A DNA stretch of 64,000 bases from a virus. How positions within the stretch are numbered: the first letter of the stretch is position 1; each line of letters begins with the position of its first letter. Of this stretch, positions 59,654 to 64,000 are shown in pieces. Under the pieces are notes generated by a model. The model ran no database searches. It was not told where the DNA came from and worked only from the letters and a program-made list of their open reading frames with translations. The position numbers and the translations under genes are program-made. The stretch is from positions 1 through 64,000 of the IMG/VR virus record IMGVR_UViG_3300028840_007197; one strand, 5' to 3'.

Positions 59654-61374
59654 GAGCTTCCTCCAGTAAGGAGCGATACCAGGGTGCTGAACGCCTTACT
59701 GATTGCCTTTGACTGCTCAGCTATGGCCTTCTCATCAGTGTTTCCAAATGTGTCGAACCTTACCGCACCGTAGATAAAGACCAAGCCTCCCGTCATACCA
59801 TTCTGACCACTGAAACCGTCATCGGGTACTTTTGCCGATCGGACTCTCTGCATAAATCCGCTGATACCACCCTTTTCAGGAGGAACAACAAGAAAAGCTG
59901 CCGAAGGGCCCAGAATCATCTTCTGGACCTGTTCAACTATTGAAGTAAGCAAATCTATCATAAAGATATAGGTGTCTATCTTATCTTTTATACCCTTGAT
60001 AAAGTCACTGAAAGAGTCGCTATTGTTTTTCACCATACCCTTAAGCGTATCTAGAACCTTATTCATCTGCTCTATCAATAAGGGCATGAACGGAATGAGA
60101 AACTTCGTCTGGATAGATGACCACTGCCCGAGACCACCCCACCCAGCCGATATATACTCCTTATACCCCTTTGCATGCGTTACCACCGCCACCGAGTCCG
60201 GATCGACACACTTTTTTTGAACGGTGACAGAAATCTCTCTAGAAGGAGGACCCCACAACCCTGGGAACCCGGACTCAACGGTATAATAGAATTGGTCGAA
60301 CAGGGGTTCACCTGCTTCTAAGGGTATATCACGGTCCAGATATGATCCACTACCGTTTACTACATTGGCCTTTACGATGTGAGGCCCATTAAAGGTGGGG
60401 TCATCATAGGCATAAACTGTCTTCGTAGGCCATGAACCTGCCGGACTTTTACCAGCTCTCTTATCTGAGAAATAAGTACTAAGCCGAGTTTTTATGGCAC
60501 GAATAAACCCATCCTTACCGCCAAGTTTGGTAGGTATATCATTTACTTCTTTTGGTATACCGCCCGGTACCACACTTCTGGATATACGATAGAATCCATT
60601 AGTGAAGGGTATTCCTGGGGCGTCCCATTTTAAATGTATCCCATAGCCATCCTCATCAGTATATACCGGATAACTTCTTATCGTTTTGGGTGGAGGAGGG
60701 CTAAGATTTATAGGAACTAAATTAAGAATATCGAACAGGTTAGCCAGCTGGTTAAGTGTAGAGAAAAAGTCATCAGCACTTTCAGAATCTACCATTATAA
60801 TAAGGCCCCCAACCTGTGCATCTCTACTGAAGCGGGGCCTATGATCATCAGCAGTGTTTCTAAGTGATACATCCAAGCGGCTTAAAAAGCCATCGAAACC
60901 TCCTGTCGATAGCTTCTGCCAGTTATTATTGTTTATCATGTTCTTATTCAGAGCTGGCGGGAATAACGGATTAAAGAAAATTCCCGCTCCAGCCAGGTCC
61001 TCAGACCACTCATTCACTTCCTTCTGGACCCTGTCCAACAAAGACCCTATAAGGCTGGAAAAAGAATTGAATGAGCTCAAGAAAAACTCTAAAAAATTCA
61101 ATATAGGAGTGAGGGCGTCAGTAACCTTTCCAAGAGTAGTTATAGCCTTATCAAACTTCTCTATGATATCTTCTGGGATCATTGAGGTATCGGGGCCGAA
61201 AACCTTCCATTTACCGGCATTAGCAGAGAGATTTTGTTGTGCTTCTTGAGCGGCCTCCTCTGACCTCTGGGCCTCTTCCTGTGCAGCCACAGCAGCAGCT
61301 TCGCCGGGAGGAGCGTAGGGTTCCGAAGACGAGACAGCAACGATTTTAGCTTTGATATCTATTGAATTAGACAT
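59650..61374 (-). CDS. Probable virion protein with central FN3-like domain
   Basis: PPPP....I.LKWDAP.....YRISRS...Y.D......YY.VES, flanked by two similar helical regions ending GG..GF..R...GGL. Confidence 0.6.
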   Translation of the reverse strand: MSNSIDIKAKIVAVSSSEPYAPPGEAAAVAAQEEAQRSEEAAQEAQQNLSANAGKWKVFGPDTSMIPEDIIEKFDKAITTLGKVTDALTPILNFLEFFLSSFNSFSSLIGSLLDRVQKEVNEWSEDLAGAGIFFNPLFPPALNKNMINNNNWQKLSTGGFDGFLSRLDVSLRNTADDHRPRFSRDAQVGGLIIMVDSESADDFFSTLNQLANLFDILNLVPINLSPPPPKTIRSYPVYTDEDGYGIHLKWDAPGIPFTNGFYRISRSVVPGGIPKEVNDIPTKLGGKDGFIRAIKTRLSTYFSDKRAGKSPAGSWPTKTVYAYDDPTFNGPHIVKANVVNGSGSYLDRDIPLEAGEPLFDQFYYTVESGFPGLWGPPSREISVTVQKKCVDPDSVAVVTHAKGYKEYISAGWGGLGQWSSIQTKFLIPFMPLLIEQMNKVLDTLKGMVKNNSDSFSDFIKGIKDKIDTYIFMIDLLTSIVEQVQKMILGPSAAFLVVPPEKGGISGFMQRVRSAKVPDDGFSGQNGMTGGLVFIYGAVRFDTFGNTDEKAIAEQSKAISKAFSTLVSLLTGGSS

Positions 61375-61597
61375 TTCGTATCTTCTTTGCTTCGATTACC
61401 TGCTTCTGGATATTCTTTATGTCTTTTCTTATAATCCCGGCAGTCAAAGACACCATACGCTCAAGATTCTTTATTACAGCCGGATTAGGACTGGCCCGTC
61501 TCCATTCAAGCTGAGTTACAACAGCCTCTTGTTTATCTTCAGATTTTCCTGTTTTAGGGCTATTTGCTTCTCTATCTGAGCCAGTCTCGCTTCGCAT
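61367..61597 (-). CDS. Small hypothetical protein
   Basis: 76 aa; overlaps the end of the upstream gene. Confidence 0.45.
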   Translation of the reverse strand: MRSETGSDREANSPKTGKSEDKQEAVVTQLEWRRASPNPAVIKNLERMVSLTAGIIRKDIKNIQKQVIEAKKIRNV

Positions 61598-64000
61598 CCT
61601 ATACTCCTGTTGAATCTGTTATCTGCCCAATTATACAGATTTCCGTCCGCTCCATCACTGGATCGTAGCAGTTCCTCAGATTTTATATGCTGTATAATCT
61701 GCTCGTCACGTGTCCCATCAAGATACAGATACCTGTCATTGACCTCAGAGCTCCTATCAGACACAAACGCAGTTCTGTCTGAAAGGATTTGGTCCGATAT
61801 AGTCTGATATGAGACATAATTAGACCGCAATCCAGGATAAACAGTAGCGTCAGGTACGATAGAACCAGATGCCAGCTTAAAGGAACATTTTGATGAATCA
61901 TACAAGGAACTGCCGATAACTGCCAACTTCGGAACGGCATCTATGGCCGTCTTCATAGTACCTATAGTCGTGTAGGTACTATAGGGCAAATAAACGTTCT
62001 GTGTGGTGGTTCCATCATTATACTCTATGCTCAGTGCAGTCCCATCAATAGAATATTGATAGGTAAGGTTATATGGAGTAGAGTCCTGATATATTGAGAA
62101 ATATGGCGTAGCGTCATTAAGATAAAACTGAATGATATTAGTCGAGCTATATTGGTCGGAAACAGAACCAAGCCACCCAGTCCATGACCCGTCAACAAGG
62201 GAGTTATCGTCCTCGTTTCTAACTATTGGAGTCCTAAACGTTCCATCTACTGATGAAGTGTTCAATAACCTTGTATCATAACCGCCGTCATCCCTCATCT
62301 TGAAAGTGGTGAGCCCATTTATAGCCGTTATTCCGACTCCAGATGACGAAGGTACGCCGACTCCCGTGGAATCCACACCTCTGATATATTGAGTGTGACT
62401 CTCATAGTCGAGCACCCATTTTGTGGCATCTCCCTTACCCTGCCAGTTAGTCAGGATAGAATTACTGTAGGCAAGAGCAGTCTGTGTCTCTATACGATAG
62501 TCGGTTGCGTCACCATAAGCTATTAGGGTTTGGTTATAAGAAGGGAGTTCTGGTTCCTGAAGAATATCAGCCATGGCTGATATCTCGTCATCCAGCTTCT
62601 CAATCTCACCAGTCTGGTCTGCTGCCTGCTGTGTTATTTCATCATAAGCCAGATAAGCGTTGGTAATATTTGCAGGGCTGATTCTATTGAGCTTATTAGA
62701 GATACCGGCCGTTATGAGCGTAGATAGGTATCCGTACTCTAATCCAAGGTGATATCCCTCATCGATATCATAGTAGATTTCGGCACTTGAATCTGACCTA
62801 TCAAGATTTCCAATGGCACTATCTCCTGGGGTGAATCCGAGTTTTGTAACGGCACTCCCCGACCCAAGGATCATGGAATTATAGGTTTCATCTGTCCTGA
62901 GCACTAGAACGTCTTTAAACCCATATGATGCACTGCTGTCAAATGCCCATTCAGATGTTACATTCAAGCCCTCTATCTCTGAGGTGAGTATTCTTGCAAT
63001 ATCATCCCTGGTAAATCTGCTGACTCTAAACATCAGGTAAATAATCAGCGGTATAGGAGCTGGATCTTCGAAAGTATAAGACGAATAACTTCCGTCTATA
63101 TAAATATCGAATACGTCCCCGTCCTCAAGGTCAAAATTACCGCTTTTTGTCCCAACAATCTTAGCACCCATATGCCCGTCATCATCATACGGGGGGTACG
63201 ACGAAGTTATAATGAATTCTTCTCCGGATGTTGGCGAGTCTGGGCCACCAAAAACTTGAGATAGAATAACCGTAGAATCGCTAACCACTGATGAAATCAT
63301 ATAATCATCAGTACTGTCTGAAGGTCGAATATAATCACCTATAAGTAACTGTTGTGACCATATGGTACCACTGATGCCGGTTACGGTCTTATCTCCATTC
63401 TCGAATATGGCCGATCCGGGCCCCCTTGTCTGACCAGTCAGGGGAGTTATATGGTATGGCTCCAGATTAGTATAATCTGCATAGGGCCACATCCTATTAA
63501 AAGATTTAGTAGCCATGCTCTCGTCGTATTTTGAAAGCAGGCCATCATTATTGCATATTTTGACCCCCAGAGCAGCATATCTTTCATCCGCGAATGATTG
63601 AAGACGGTTATTGAAGAAATCAAAAATATTCTCAAAAATACGACACTCTATCTCGGTATCTTTCCTAGTATATTCATCATCTACGAGTCCGCCCTCTGAG
63701 TTACCTTGGGCGTCATCCCCCTGTATCTCTCCGCCCTGACCGACATTACCGGAATTTTGACGAGCCTCTTCAGCCATTCTGGGTTCAGTAACATTCTCAA
63801 GGAAATATCTCTGGCTCATTACCTGGAGATAGAACTGATCCAGATTATCGTATTCAAATGATGCGGAAATCTTCGATTTTGCCGGTAAATCTGTGAAATA
63901 ACTTACTGAGTATTCGACCTGTTGTTCAGGAATGAATCTACGACCCTGATAATTAAGGACATACCTCTGCCCCTCTACTAGACCGCTATCTAGAGTTATA
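61516..64000 (-). CDS. Very large virion structural protein, 5'-truncated by the window edge
   Basis: The frame stays open for 60 codons upstream of the track's Met 63819 (ITLDSGLVEG...QFYLQV); acidic and S/T-rich; V.G..T.W...L..GD.I fibre-like module. Confidence 0.7.
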   Translation of the reverse strand, partial: ITLDSGLVEGQRYVLNYQGRRFIPEQQVEYSVSYFTDLPAKSKISASFEYDNLDQFYLQVMSQRYFLENVTEPRMAEEARQNSGNVGQGGEIQGDDAQGNSEGGLVDDEYTRKDTEIECRIFENIFDFFNNRLQSFADERYAALGVKICNNDGLLSKYDESMATKSFNRMWPYADYTNLEPYHITPLTGQTRGPGSAIFENGDKTVTGISGTIWSQQLLIGDYIRPSDSTDDYMISSVVSDSTVILSQVFGGPDSPTSGEEFIITSSYPPYDDDGHMGAKIVGTKSGNFDLEDGDVFDIYIDGSYSSYTFEDPAPIPLIIYLMFRVSRFTRDDIARILTSEIEGLNVTSEWAFDSSASYGFKDVLVLRTDETYNSMILGSGSAVTKLGFTPGDSAIGNLDRSDSSAEIYYDIDEGYHLGLEYGYLSTLITAGISNKLNRISPANITNAYLAYDEITQQAADQTGEIEKLDDEISAMADILQEPELPSYNQTLIAYGDATDYRIETQTALAYSNSILTNWQGKGDATKWVLDYESHTQYIRGVDSTGVGVPSSSGVGITAINGLTTFKMRDDGGYDTRLLNTSSVDGTFRTPIVRNEDDNSLVDGSWTGWLGSVSDQYSSTNIIQFYLNDATPYFSIYQDSTPYNLTYQYSIDGTALSIEYNDGTTTQNVYLPYSTYTTIGTMKTAIDAVPKLAVIGSSLYDSSKCSFKLASGSIVPDATVYPGLRSNYVSYQTISDQILSDRTAFVSDRSSEVNDRYLYLDGTRDEQIIQHIKSEELLRSSDGADGNLYNWADNRFNRSIGCEARLAQIEKQIALKQENLKINKRLL

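Noticed and set aside
1-64000. Genome-wide stop-codon reassignment
   Set aside because: Conserved genes are full length and end properly at TAG (dam, polA) and TGA (rtcB, coaB); no suppressor anticodon is present among the tRNAs.
1-64000. CRISPR array, integrase, transposase, intein
   Set aside because: No regularly spaced repeats or relevant motifs were seen; PolA, DnaB and RtcB show no obvious intein-sized insertions.

Overview
This is a 64 kb segment of a large (jumbo-type) contractile-tailed phage genome in standard genetic code, almost entirely on the minus strand. From right to left it carries: a baseplate/tail structural block (~40-64 kb); a replication block (SNF2 helicase, loader-like protein, DnaB helicase, primase Zn finger, family A DNA polymerase); a phage sigma factor; a DUF2997/DUF1257/AAA triad; two vWA proteins; a tRNA cluster; nucleotide and auxiliary genes (GH5, ThyX, Tmk, HPr, HD protein, glycosyltransferases); a plus-strand island (Dam, RtcB, HNH, CoaB, macrodomain); and a partial mosaic tail fibre. 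The standout is at 24.5-25.7 kb. A sigma70-type promoter precedes a 21-codon leader peptide containing Gln-Pro-Gln-Pro-Gln-Pro (CAG CCC CAA CCG CAG CCA), with mutually exclusive antiterminator and terminator hairpins, directly upstream of genes for tRNA-Pro(TGG), tRNA-Pro(CGG), tRNA-Gln(TTG) and tRNA-Gln(CTG). This looks like a ribosome-mediated attenuator that senses shortage of exactly the tRNAs it controls. The same operon holds two remodelled tRNA-like RNAs: a Pro(GGG)-derived 100-mer and a His-type scaffold with ~205 extra structured nucleotides. All family calls come from motif recognition by eye; no searches were run.
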